IMG/VR virus record: IMGVR_UViG_3300010885_050098
Coordinates: 12,358-76,357 of that record
Direction: 5' to 3' (one strand)
Source of the DNA: a virus
DNA length: 64,000 nucleotides
Below, in pieces: positions 32,953-42,634 of the stretch (position 1 is the stretch's first letter; the number at the start of each line of letters is the position of its first letter). The notes beneath the pieces were generated by a model. The model made no database searches, was not told the DNA's origin, and saw nothing but the letters and a program-made list of their open reading frames with translations. The translations under genes and the position numbers were made by a program.

Positions 32953-34907
32953 CATTTGGCCTCTCCCCATCGCTGAACGGTCTTAACGTCAGCAATCAAT
33001 GGAACATCCAACATCTGAATACCTTCCATTGCTTCTTTAATGGCGTTCTCCGTCTCCTCAACTAAAGCGTCGGGGGTCAAGGTCACTAGTTCATCGTGAA
33101 CTGTAAGTATTAGTTTAGCCCCTTTGGGGATTAGTGCATGGGCTCGAACCATGGCTAGTTTAATGATGTCCGCAGCCGATCCTTGGATCTTGGTATTAAA
33201 CGCCTGGCGTTCCGCACCAGCCCTATCGTACTTATCTGCTGAGTTCATTTCTGGCAAATACCGACGTCTTCCCATGATAGTTGTTACATAAGGAACGGGC
33301 TTTTCTTTGTCACCAAGTTTCCTAGTAGATACAAGGACTTTAAATTTGTAAGAGTTAATGGAGGGAAACCGCTCAGAAAATCGGTCAAGAAGATCTCTGG
33401 CCTCTTGTTTTGTGCAATCAATTGAACGAGCAATCTTGTCGGGACCAACACCGTATGACATTGCAAGAACAAGAACCTTGCCAGCCTTACGGTCTACTCC
33501 CATTTCATTACCAACCGTTGTGTAAATATCTCCGCCGTCCATGTAGTTTTGCATCATAATTGGGTCTTTTGAAAATGAAGCAATAACTCGCGGTTCAATC
33601 TGTGAGTAATCGGCTACAACTAGTTTGTAACCTTCTGGCGCTTTGAATAAATTTCTGATGGATTTTCCGTGCGTTGTATGCGGAGCTGGGACGTTTTGTA
33701 AGTTTGGGTTACGACTTGAGAATCGGCCAGTCTCTGCACCATGCTGAATGAAATCTCCGTGTATGTGGCCGTTGATGAGTAAACTATTTTTGTGCTCACG
33801 TTTTACTTTACCTCCAGTAGTACGGGTTACCTCTCCACCTAGATAAGGCACCACGTAAGTTGTATGTAGTTTATTTAAATCTGAATAAGTAAGCAAAGCG
33901 TCTACTAGCGGGTCGCTTCCCCTATGGGCTTCTAAAGCCTCAGCAGATACGGAATCTCCGCCTTTAGCGGTAGTTATCTTTGACTTAAGTCCTCTACCAC
34001 CCTCTGATTTAGAACCGTAAAGGATCTGTTGTTTTTCTGGGTTTGAGTTAAGGTTAAATTGTTTTCCAGCAATTTTATAAATTTCAGCTTTGGCTGTTTC
34101 AATATCAGCCTTTAAAGTCTCGTCTAATTCTTCTAACGCTTCCATGTCAATTGGTGCTCCGGACAATTTCATATCGCAAAGAACCTTTAGAACATCCATC
34201 TCAAGTTTCATAACGTTTGTTACTTTATTTTCTTCTAATTTACCTATAAGGATTTTCCATAAAAGAAATGTGTATTTAGCGTCAAGGTAAGCGTAATTAG
34301 CAACCTCGGTAAATGAATATTTTTCCACCTCTGCCCCAACGCCCTTTTCCATCTCAAAGCCTAACTCGCGCTTTAAACACGCTGCTAAACCGCAATTATT
34401 TTTGTTTCTATTATCATAAAGAAAAGAGGCAATCATGGTGTCAAAGTAAGGGCCTACAGGATAATTGCCACCGTAATATTTAGCCACTGAAGTTAAATCA
34501 AATACCAAGTTGTGACCTATTTTTAGAATTTTGTCGTTAAACATAAGAGGTTTAAGGGAAGTAAAAACCTCTGCTGGAAATAACTGTGTCGGTGGTTCAG
34601 CAAAAACTTTTGTTGCTTTTTTAGAATCTCGTGAGTAATCACTGGGCCTAGCTTGCAACCCTTGCTCTACGCGTTTTTCTCCTTGGCCAGTTAAAGGATA
34701 GAGCGTATCCACAAGGTCGCCATTAGGATGACCCATAGGAATGACATCGCAACGACCGTGAGTAGAAAGACTAATCCAGAGTACTTCATTAACAGGCGTA
34801 TCGCCTCTACGTTCTCCGACTGTTTCCACATCGTAAGCAAATGCATCTTGTTCAAGGTAGTAAGCAACCACTTCATCTAATTGATCTTGGGTTGTAATTA
34901 TATTCAT
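32952..34907 (-). CDS. polA: family A DNA polymerase with 3'-5' exonuclease
   Basis: DVET, HNLVFD, TGRFSS..PNLQN, DYSQIE, K...LAMSYG, VHDE. Confidence 0.93.
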   Translation of the reverse strand: MNIITTQDQLDEVVAYYLEQDAFAYDVETVGERRGDTPVNEVLWISLSTHGRCDVIPMGHPNGDLVDTLYPLTGQGEKRVEQGLQARPSDYSRDSKKATKVFAEPPTQLFPAEVFTSLKPLMFNDKILKIGHNLVFDLTSVAKYYGGNYPVGPYFDTMIASFLYDNRNKNNCGLAACLKRELGFEMEKGVGAEVEKYSFTEVANYAYLDAKYTFLLWKILIGKLEENKVTNVMKLEMDVLKVLCDMKLSGAPIDMEALEELDETLKADIETAKAEIYKIAGKQFNLNSNPEKQQILYGSKSEGGRGLKSKITTAKGGDSVSAEALEAHRGSDPLVDALLTYSDLNKLHTTYVVPYLGGEVTRTTGGKVKREHKNSLLINGHIHGDFIQHGAETGRFSSRNPNLQNVPAPHTTHGKSIRNLFKAPEGYKLVVADYSQIEPRVIASFSKDPIMMQNYMDGGDIYTTVGNEMGVDRKAGKVLVLAMSYGVGPDKIARSIDCTKQEARDLLDRFSERFPSINSYKFKVLVSTRKLGDKEKPVPYVTTIMGRRRYLPEMNSADKYDRAGAERQAFNTKIQGSAADIIKLAMVRAHALIPKGAKLILTVHDELVTLTPDALVEETENAIKEAMEGIQMLDVPLIADVKTVQRWGEAK

Positions 34908-34973
34908 AGTTATCCCCTAAAAGCCTAGGAAGTGCTGGGGGGATCATCCAGCACCTCCTAGACACCTATTTAG

Positions 34974-35648
34974 TTAAAGCAGGCTCTCTGCAATTTCAAG
35001 AAGTGCTGCGTGCGAATCCTCGCGGATTTCAGAACGCTCGAACGGTTTGAAATTAACAAGTGCTCCTTCAACTTCGGCTTCGTTAAGTGCCCAATCTTCT
35101 GCAAGATCGCGACCCTTAACTGCCATGAGGTTGTACACAGTCTGTTGCTTTTGCCCTGTGCGACTTAACGCCCAGTAATTACGAGTCAATGGACCCTGAG
35201 GTGAAAACTCACCGGCATGCAACGTCTTGTACAAACGTGGGGTGGCAATTAACATCTGACGCTGGTATGGCTTAGCGGTCAGGTTAACAATAGTGAACGC
35301 ACGCTTTGTTTCAGGCTTGTCACCAAGCTTTAAGCAAAGAGGGCAGTTGTCGCCAATGCAAACATAAGAACGACGTCCTTCTGTTTTTTCCTTAAGGAAA
35401 TGCTGGCGGTAGTTAGCAAATGGTCCAGTTTGATCAATGAAACGAACTAACTGAAAAGTTTCAGAATGCTTGTACTCGGTCGGAAATTCCGCCAAGTTTG
35501 TTACTAGTTTTTCAGCGGCATCCCAACCTGATTGAACGGCTGTTGATGTGCTTGTTGTTTGAACTGGACGAGCCTCAATAGTCGATGCTTCGTCTTCTAC
35601 TTGACCGTATGCTGTTGCATCGGGTGCTTCTGTTTGGTTTACGCCCAT
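34974..35648 (-). CDS. gp32-like single-stranded DNA-binding protein
   Basis: QH...C...CPLC zinc motif; context next to the polymerase. Confidence 0.6.
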   Translation of the reverse strand: MGVNQTEAPDATAYGQVEDEASTIEARPVQTTSTSTAVQSGWDAAEKLVTNLAEFPTEYKHSETFQLVRFIDQTGPFANYRQHFLKEKTEGRRSYVCIGDNCPLCLKLGDKPETKRAFTIVNLTAKPYQRQMLIATPRLYKTLHAGEFSPQGPLTRNYWALSRTGQKQQTVYNLMAVKGRDLAEDWALNEAEVEGALVNFKPFERSEIREDSHAALLEIAESLL

Positions 35649-35680
35649 GGGCGGTTTTCTCCTTTTCGCAGTTATGCAGT

Positions 35681-36133
35681 TTACGCAGTTTCCTCGGCAC
35701 GGGCTTGTTCCCATGCTTCGGCTATTTCGTCAGTAATTCTACTGTACTTTACCCAGTCTATTCGCTTTGCGTGCAAAACGCCAAACTTAGTAAAGACTTT
35801 GATCGCCGAATCGATCATAGATCTACTGTACAAACGCCTTCCAGCTCGCTCTTTGCCGTTCTTATCCGTTTTAGTCGGTAAGCGGTAAGGAGATGTTGGA
35901 AGGTGTCCTTCATTCATCCATAACTTTAGTGTGATGATTGGACGACCTAACGCCTCTGACAACGCACCTATGGTGAACAAATCTATTTCTTTTCCGTTTG
36001 GTAATAACGTACTTCGGGGATTTGAATCCCAAGTTGTAGATTTTGGTTCTACAACTTTTTCTTTACGTCGTTTTCTTTTACTACCGGGGTAATAAAGATC
36101 TCCAAACGTTTGCTCTATAAAATCTTCTGTCAT
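35681..36133 (-). CDS. MerR-like HTH DNA-binding protein
   Basis: FTIGALSEALGR...TLKLW...G.LP...RLYS. Confidence 0.7.
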   Translation of the reverse strand: MTEDFIEQTFGDLYYPGSKRKRRKEKVVEPKSTTWDSNPRSTLLPNGKEIDLFTIGALSEALGRPIITLKLWMNEGHLPTSPYRLPTKTDKNGKERAGRRLYSRSMIDSAIKVFTKFGVLHAKRIDWVKYSRITDEIAEAWEQARAEETA

Positions 36134-36519
36134 AGTAGGAACGCGTAAGTTACCTTTGTTGGGAACATTTGGTCAACTTCAGCTTCTGTTATTTGATCTT
36201 TGTAAACAGCAGCCATGATTGCATCTTCTTGCAAAACTTCTACAACTTTAATGCACTCTTGGTAAATGCCTTTTTCTTTAAGAAGGTTAATAGCAAATTC
36301 TTCATTAAGCGCTCTAGATTCTTTACGTTGATTTGTAATCTTTATATCGTTACCAAGTTCAAGAACAATATGACCACGTCCGTCTACTTCACCGTTTTCG
36401 GCAACAGCAGACTTAAGTCTATTTTTGATTTCGGTTTGGCGTTCCGTTAGGAACTTGATTTGCTCTTTAAGAGCTATGTATTGCTGTGCCTCATTGGTAA
36501 GGCTTTTAATGTCTGGCAT
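36130..36519 (-). CDS. hypothetical protein
   Basis: First gene after the promoter at 36551-36573. Confidence 0.7.
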   Translation of the reverse strand: MPDIKSLTNEAQQYIALKEQIKFLTERQTEIKNRLKSAVAENGEVDGRGHIVLELGNDIKITNQRKESRALNEEFAINLLKEKGIYQECIKVVEVLQEDAIMAAVYKDQITEAEVDQMFPTKVTYAFLL

Positions 36520-36550
36520 GAGATCCCTCTCTGTAGTGGTTGGAATCTAT

Positions 36551-36573
36551 ACCATACCCGAGGGGACTGACAA
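36551..36573 (-). promoter_or_regulatory. RecA-NDp (PafBC-type) promoter, overlapping a possible SigA promoter
   Basis: TTGTCAG-TCCCCTCGGG-TATGGT fits TGTCRG-N10-TANNNT. Confidence 0.6.
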
Positions 36574-36589
36574 ATCTAGGAAAACACGC

Positions 36590-36736
36590 CTAGTCGGCTT
36601 TAGAGTATTCCTCTAGTGCGTTAATAATCACGCTTGTTACGGTTACGCCCTCTTTAGCCGCTTTGTACTGAACCTTTTTCCAAAGGTCATCGGCCACACG
36701 GATCGTACGTGTAGGGGTCTTAGGTGCGTTAGGCAT
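36590..36736 (-). CDS. ribbon-helix-helix DNA-binding protein
   Basis: Read manually: MPNAPKTPTRTIRVADDLWKKVQYKAAKEGVTVTSVIINALEEY; leaderless start. Confidence 0.75.
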   Translation of the reverse strand: MPNAPKTPTRTIRVADDLWKKVQYKAAKEGVTVTSVIINALEEYSKAD

Positions 36737-36745
36737 CCCTCAATT

Positions 36746-38338
36746 TTAGACTGATTTGCTGAGCAAGAACTGGTTAAGGCTAGTCAAACTGAAGTCTATT
36801 CCTCCGGCCTCATTTATACCTTCTCCATCTAAAACAGCGCTTGCAACAGCGTTTTTATGCTGCAACATCTCATGCTGTCGAACTTCTATTGAACCCTCAA
36901 CTAAAAAATCTTGAATAACAATGCTGGGCCATTTTGATGATGCTCGGACTATTCGTCCATTGCGTTGTGTTGCCCCGCCAGACGACCAAGGTAAGTCATA
37001 ATTGACAAGAAGATTAGCAGCTGGGAGGTCAACGCCATACCCGCCAGCATCAGAACTAACGAGGACACGGACAGATGGGTCTGTGTTAAGGGCAATTTTA
37101 TTTTCTTCTTTAGTTTTGGCATCAAGTCTCCCTGTATATGTTTTAGTTCCGTACTCCGACAGTGCTTCGGCAATCATGTCAGTCATATCTACATACGTTG
37201 CAAATATAACTACTTTGTTTTCTTCGTTTTGATCTAAAAATTCTTTAACGTATTGAATTAAAGCGTTTAGTTTAGGTGACTTGTCTACTCCTTCTAGGTA
37301 ACCGCCCTCTACTAATTCATTTGCATAAGAAGATCCTTCACCCGAAACCGTATTGTATTTTTTGGCACTGGTTCTTAATAGATCTGGGTGGGAGCAAAGC
37401 ATCTTTAAACACCCAACTTTAGACATAATCTTTCCGCGCCATTCGTTCTCTTGAGCGCTACCACTACCACTTTGAACCCCGTAGTGAGCAAAAATGTTAA
37501 AGTTATTACCAAACAGTGCGGTTGCTTCTACTAAATCGTCTAGTAAGTCTTTTCTAATTTTGTCGTATAACTTTGCGTTTCGTCGATCGAGCGGGATGAG
37601 AAACGGTTCATTATGGATGGAATCTGGTAGGTAAGGCGCAACGTCTGAATCTTTTTGTGACTTTCGGACACTTGCTTCTTTAAGGCGCTCATTAAGAGTA
37701 GGCAAATTACGATAACGCTGAACTCCGCCCCAATTATTACGAACAATAAATGCTGAATCAAAGATATCAAACCTTCCTAATACGGAGTCATCAACAAATT
37801 GCATAATGCTAAATAACTCTTCGGGTTTACCATTTTCAATAGGTGTTCCAGTAAGGGCAAACTTAAAAGGGGCGTTTGCCATTTTCTTTACTGCTTTAGA
37901 TCGTTTTGATCTAAAAGATTTAATTGCTGTTGCTTCATCGCAAATAATAAAACCTCTTGGTAATTTTTTTACTAAATTCCAATCGTTGACAACTTGTTCA
38001 TAGTTCATAATCACGTAATCAACTTTTGACTCTTTCCAATTAAAAGCCTCTTCATACTGCTCAAGTCTTTTTTTTGGTGTTCCATCAATAACTAATGCTT
38101 TTGAAGTTCCCCCAGTAAATTTTTCAATTTGATTAGCCCATTGATATTTAAGGCTAGATAAACAAATGACCATGCCTGGTTCTTTAATATCACCGCTGTC
38201 CATGAGTTGTTCAATTGCAGCAATTGTAAGAACGGTTTTACCCAACCCAAGGTCATAAGCAACCAGCACCTTATGCCGGTCAACCATCTTGTTTACTGCT
38301 TCGGGTTGGTAAGGAAGCAAAGTTCCTTTAAAAGTCAT
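36746..38338 (-). CDS. SNF2-family helicase
   Basis: GLGKT, DEAT, LTGTPIEN, QRNGRIVR. Confidence 0.88.
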   Translation of the reverse strand: MTFKGTLLPYQPEAVNKMVDRHKVLVAYDLGLGKTVLTIAAIEQLMDSGDIKEPGMVICLSSLKYQWANQIEKFTGGTSKALVIDGTPKKRLEQYEEAFNWKESKVDYVIMNYEQVVNDWNLVKKLPRGFIICDEATAIKSFRSKRSKAVKKMANAPFKFALTGTPIENGKPEELFSIMQFVDDSVLGRFDIFDSAFIVRNNWGGVQRYRNLPTLNERLKEASVRKSQKDSDVAPYLPDSIHNEPFLIPLDRRNAKLYDKIRKDLLDDLVEATALFGNNFNIFAHYGVQSGSGSAQENEWRGKIMSKVGCLKMLCSHPDLLRTSAKKYNTVSGEGSSYANELVEGGYLEGVDKSPKLNALIQYVKEFLDQNEENKVVIFATYVDMTDMIAEALSEYGTKTYTGRLDAKTKEENKIALNTDPSVRVLVSSDAGGYGVDLPAANLLVNYDLPWSSGGATQRNGRIVRASSKWPSIVIQDFLVEGSIEVRQHEMLQHKNAVASAVLDGEGINEAGGIDFSLTSLNQFLLSKSV

Positions 38339-38882
38339 ACGAACTCATCCTAGTTTGTATAAGAACTTTAAGATCATCAAGGGAACCATTATTTACAAAT
38401 ATTTGATTTACGGGATAACCATCCATTTCAGATTCTGAAACGTGATCATTTGTAGCATCAGTTCCTAGGCGTTTAATGCGCCAAATTTGTCCGCTAAATT
38501 CTTGAATCCATTTAGCTTCATTTTCAAAACGTACATCAGATACAACAACTTTGTCTTGTGGTGCTACATCTGATAATGCTTGATAAATCCAAAATTTATC
38601 ACCAAACACTTTGCGAGCGCCTACGCCGGTGTCTTGAAGCAAACGTCGGACTTCTGGAAACTCAACTTTTAACCTGTCCCAACCATAGGTGTCAACCATG
38701 TCTTGTAGTCGGTAATTAATTATGTTGTTTCCGTAGCCTTTGGGAATCAACGGATCCATTTCATAAATAAGATCACGAATAGGGTCTGCAAAAGCAATAC
38801 GTTTATAACCATAGTTTTCAACAAGAATGTTGGCAACAGTATCTTTGCCTGACTGTGCATAACCAGAAAGTCCAATAATCAT
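38328..38882 (-). CDS. deoxynucleoside monophosphate kinase
   Basis: IIGLSGYAQSGKDT, R.LLQ..G, SDVRFENE, H.SE. Confidence 0.88.
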   Translation of the reverse strand: MIIGLSGYAQSGKDTVANILVENYGYKRIAFADPIRDLIYEMDPLIPKGYGNNIINYRLQDMVDTYGWDRLKVEFPEVRRLLQDTGVGARKVFGDKFWIYQALSDVAPQDKVVVSDVRFENEAKWIQEFSGQIWRIKRLGTDATNDHVSESEMDGYPVNQIFVNNGSLDDLKVLIQTRMSSYDF

Positions 38883-39070
38883 TTGCAAACCGAACAATAA
38901 AAAGGAGTACGCATATGTTCTTCGGGAATAATTATATTTTGTGAACATTTACTGCACTTGGCGTGAATTAACCCGTGTTTTTCTAAATCGTAAAGACTTA
39001 ACGTTATGGAACGTGTGTAATAAATTTTAGTTGCATACCACGTACACAAAATTAAAAATATAGTCATCAT
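38879..39070 (-). CDS. small zinc-finger protein
   Basis: CSKC...CSVC. Confidence 0.5.
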   Translation of the reverse strand: MMTIFLILCTWYATKIYYTRSITLSLYDLEKHGLIHAKCSKCSQNIIIPEEHMRTPFYCSVCK

Positions 39071-39996
39071 GAAAGTGCCCTCTCCCCGTGCAACGCGTGT
39101 TTTGCGTGTTCTATTCCATAGACTATCTCAGCCTTGCTCATTCCGCCAATATCCTTGATTCCGGTACTGGCATAATCAAAAAACCAGCACTCAAACCACA
39201 TATCCACAGATTTTTTAAGAAAATCTTGAGACGCGCTTCGCCCAGCTTCGTCATTATCCATGGCCACAATGATTCGATCCGCGCCTTTAATTACATTTAA
39301 CTGCTCTTTAGACACTGCGGTGCCGTAAGTAGAAACGCCTCCCATAACCCCTACAGAAGCCATACGAGCCACATCTAAAGGTGATTCAACTACTACCATC
39401 AAACCGCCTGTGTATTGCTGATAGCCGAACAATGAATGGCTTTTTTGAATACCTGTGGGGTAATTTCTAAAGTAACGGCCATGCGTTCCTTTTTCTTGCC
39501 ACCCCATTAATTTTCCTGCCATATTACGAATAGGAAGAATCCAACACTCTTTACGGGGGTCGTACAAGATTCCGTACAACTCGGCTGCCTCTGTTGTTAT
39601 TCCACGACCAATAAGTAATTCTTTTGGTGGTGTTACATAAGCGGCAAGATTTGCTTCGGTGATATCACTTGATATCTCTTCTACTTTTGGCTTTGGATTA
39701 AGCGCTCGCTCTAAACGAATTGAAAGATCGCTAACAGTTGTTTTAACCCACTCATCAGCTTGATCCATGGGAATGCCGTTAACATATGAAACAAGGTACT
39801 GCAGTCCCCCACGGAATCCACAAGAGAAACAGTTATGCGCCCCGGTATCGGCGTTAATTGACCAAGATGGGTTGTGGTCTTCTTTACCAGTTCGATCTAA
39901 ATGACCTGGGCATAACCCTTTTACCTCAGAACCGCGGGCTCCGTAAGTTTCGACACCAAGACCTTTAAGAAAATCTTCCATCTCTTCTACTGTCAT
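39067..39996 (-). CDS. DNA primase (zinc finger plus Toprim)
   Basis: CPGH...CFSC, VES.LD, DNDEAG. Confidence 0.88.
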   Translation of the reverse strand: MTVEEMEDFLKGLGVETYGARGSEVKGLCPGHLDRTGKEDHNPSWSINADTGAHNCFSCGFRGGLQYLVSYVNGIPMDQADEWVKTTVSDLSIRLERALNPKPKVEEISSDITEANLAAYVTPPKELLIGRGITTEAAELYGILYDPRKECWILPIRNMAGKLMGWQEKGTHGRYFRNYPTGIQKSHSLFGYQQYTGGLMVVVESPLDVARMASVGVMGGVSTYGTAVSKEQLNVIKGADRIIVAMDNDEAGRSASQDFLKKSVDMWFECWFFDYASTGIKDIGGMSKAEIVYGIEHAKHALHGERALS

Positions 39997-41237
39997 GCAT
40001 CTTCACCTGACATCTCACGGAAGGTACCTTCGTCCCATGCCCATGTTAAGAATGTAGACCCTGGGCCTGAGTTACGGCTTGCAAGAACACTAAGGATACG
40101 AGTTTCATCAACACTGTCTTCTGGCTTCTCTAAACCAAACAAAACGTCTGCATCTTGGAAGAATGAAGATGAGTAACCAATTGAGTTAGCGGTTAGTCGA
40201 CCACCCTTGCCTTTTTTCCAATCAAGTGACTGTGTTGTAATAATGATAGGAATTTTAAAACTTTGAGCCAAACGTTTAAAACCACGAGTTAAATTGGTTA
40301 ATGCTTGTGGTGTGTTTTGCTCACCAGTTTGCTCATCTGTCATCAAGTACATGCCGTCAATAAATAAAATGCTTGGGTGGTGTAACTGAAGTTTGGCAGT
40401 AACGCCGGACAAAGTTGATCCTGAAGATGAGTCAACAAGCCAAAACTTTTCTTTATCTTCTCTCATGCGGTTAACAACAAGTTTTTGATACCGCGCCTCT
40501 TCATCGGGACGTAAAGTTCCTGTGATTAAGCGCTGGTGCGAAATACGAGCACGCATTGAGTCATATCGGTCTTCTTGCTCACGGTTGCTCATTTCAAATG
40601 AATAGAACATTGGTTTTACTTCAGACTGGGTGTGCACGTTAATTGCAATCTGCATCGCAACAGTTGATTTACCTGTCTTTGGGGTTGCTGTAATAACAAT
40701 TAATTGTTCGTTTTGCAATCCGTTAGTAACCTTATCAATTGTAGGAAAACCTGTTGGGTAACCAAGTAAACCGTCTGGCAATAACTTACGTTCTTGGTAA
40801 CGCGCCCATCGTCGATCAAGTTCTTTGTCATTAGTAATATCAATGTCGTTAGTTTCGCTAAAGCCAGCCTCGTCCATCTTAAGAACACCGGCTTGAAGAA
40901 CTTGTAGAGCGCCTTCGTGATCTTGATCGTGGTCAATCTTTTCAATAGCGTCACGAATTATGTTAGTTGTATAAATCTTACGGCGAGCTGAGGAAAGAGA
41001 ATCAATTAAGTAGTCAACGCTATCGCTTACCTGTATTACTTCATAAGAAGGATAGTTATCTTTAACGGCCTCAAGACTTGGGCATTCGCCATAACGTGCG
41101 TAATGCTCTCGTACAAAAATCCAAATCTTTTTATCGGCTTCGTCTGAAAACCAAGACTGAGTAACGTTACGATCAAATAGGGGAGTTAAGTCGCGGTCAG
41201 TAAGGGCTTTACTAAGTAACTTCTTTTCATTGTTCAT
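39993..41237 (-). CDS. dnaB: DnaB-like replicative helicase
   Basis: PTGF..ID, ATPKTGKST, SFEM, FIDGMYLM, QDAD. Confidence 0.88.
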   Translation of the reverse strand: MNNEKKLLSKALTDRDLTPLFDRNVTQSWFSDEADKKIWIFVREHYARYGECPSLEAVKDNYPSYEVIQVSDSVDYLIDSLSSARRKIYTTNIIRDAIEKIDHDQDHEGALQVLQAGVLKMDEAGFSETNDIDITNDKELDRRWARYQERKLLPDGLLGYPTGFPTIDKVTNGLQNEQLIVITATPKTGKSTVAMQIAINVHTQSEVKPMFYSFEMSNREQEDRYDSMRARISHQRLITGTLRPDEEARYQKLVVNRMREDKEKFWLVDSSSGSTLSGVTAKLQLHHPSILFIDGMYLMTDEQTGEQNTPQALTNLTRGFKRLAQSFKIPIIITTQSLDWKKGKGGRLTANSIGYSSSFFQDADVLFGLEKPEDSVDETRILSVLASRNSGPGSTFLTWAWDEGTFREMSGEDA

Positions 41238-41644
41238 AGTCGCGCTAGATCCATTCCCCAGTGTCCGTATCGTAATATTCTTTCAGGCTTATCAATCACC
41301 CCGAGCAGTTCAGGTCGATATGGTAACTGACTAATCAAAAATTCCATAGATTCGTAAGCAACACAATGTCTAAATGGGTTAGTCCCGTATTTATCCATTG
41401 TTTCCATTACAACCTCTAATTCTTCCTGCTTAAGTTCAAAAGATGCAAGTTCAAGAACATATGGGGTTTGAACTGCCCACAAAAACAGTCTGCTTAAAAC
41501 TTCTTTTTTAAAAGAAACCTTTTTGCGTGTTCGTTTGATAAGTTTATACTTACGTGGCAGTTCTTCCAACTCGGTCATAATGAACACGTCAGTGGTCACT
41601 ATTACCCGTTGAGGTATTGAGTTGCTTAAATCCCCGTATTGCAT
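41234..41644 (-). CDS. conserved hypothetical protein (possible HAD-like fold)
   Basis: MQYGDLSN start; replication-operon context. Confidence 0.55.
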   Translation of the reverse strand: MQYGDLSNSIPQRVIVTTDVFIMTELEELPRKYKLIKRTRKKVSFKKEVLSRLFLWAVQTPYVLELASFELKQEELEVVMETMDKYGTNPFRHCVAYESMEFLISQLPYRPELLGVIDKPERILRYGHWGMDLARL

Positions 41645-41645
41645 T

Positions 41646-41957
41646 TTAAAATACTTCAATCTTTGCAAATTTAATTACAAATTTCCGAAATTCTTCCGTA
41701 GATTCTTTTGCTCTTTCTGCATCTTCTTCTGTAGCTCGTTTAGATATCTCCAATGGGTAATTGCCATTATTGGAATCTATGCGTGCTTTAACAAAACGTG
41801 TGTGTTTACAAAGGGATCTACCTTTAAACCCAGAACAATTGCAATGCAAAGTTCCGTCGGCACTTGATGTTACTTCAAATATATTTGGCCCCGGGGAAGC
41901 CGTTGGACTCAAAAAAACTTGGATTAACCTAACTTCATCCACTGCTCCGCCTTTCAT
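41646..41957 (-). CDS. SWIM zinc-finger protein
   Basis: CNC.GF..R..CKH. Confidence 0.75.
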   Translation of the reverse strand: MKGGAVDEVRLIQVFLSPTASPGPNIFEVTSSADGTLHCNCSGFKGRSLCKHTRFVKARIDSNNGNYPLEISKRATEEDAERAKESTEEFRKFVIKFAKIEVF

Positions 41958-42634
41958 TTTCTTAGGTCCCCTTCCGTAGATTGTAAATCAATGTTAAAGA
42001 ACGCTTCATGGGCAAAACTACCAGTTGCTTCCCCATACCAAGTAGCCCAGTTTTCTAGGGGTATATTGGAGGTAACGATGGTTGGCAATCCATTATTAAA
42101 CCTAGTCCTTAAAATGTGATGGAGCATGTTTTTATTCCAGCCACTATTGCTGGTGTGCTCTCGACCCACATCGTCTAAAACCAATAGCTTAACATTTCTA
42201 TTTTCGTCATTAGATTCGCCCATAATTCCTGCGTATAACAACTCCCGTGACTCTTCTACGTATTCGCCCATCATTTCTCCTTTAAGATCTAACAAACCTG
42301 CGTAGGTTATAAAGTAACAAGGTCGAACATCGTTTAATGAAAATACATCAAGAGAAAAAGTTCTTAAAGCCTCTTGAATAACGGCCGCGACAAGAGTTGT
42401 TTTTCCGTGACCTGGCGCTCCATACAAAGCAAGACCTTTGCCACAGTTACGGTTACCAATAGCGTTAATGACATCGCCTTTGCCAACCTTAGAAATCCAT
42501 AATTGAATATCTTCAATATCCTCAGGAGAAATTGCTACGCAATCTGAGAGTTCCCAACCAAGAAGATGTTTTGGAATACCAGCAGAACGTATCCAAGTGT
42601 TGCGCCGTAACTTTAACTCATCTAATTTAAACAT
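41954..42634 (-). CDS. DnaC/IstB-like AAA+ helicase loader
   Basis: GAPGHGKT, LLVLDDVGRE, R...GLPTIVTSN. Confidence 0.85.
   Translation of the reverse strand: MFKLDELKLRRNTWIRSAGIPKHLLGWELSDCVAISPEDIEDIQLWISKVGKGDVINAIGNRNCGKGLALYGAPGHGKTTLVAAVIQEALRTFSLDVFSLNDVRPCYFITYAGLLDLKGEMMGEYVEESRELLYAGIMGESNDENRNVKLLVLDDVGREHTSNSGWNKNMLHHILRTRFNNGLPTIVTSNIPLENWATWYGEATGSFAHEAFFNIDLQSTEGDLRK

Noticed and set aside
16087-41237. Inteins or introns in nrdJ, recA, polA and dnaB
   Set aside because: Protein lengths and motif spacing are normal; no intein termini or HEG insertions.
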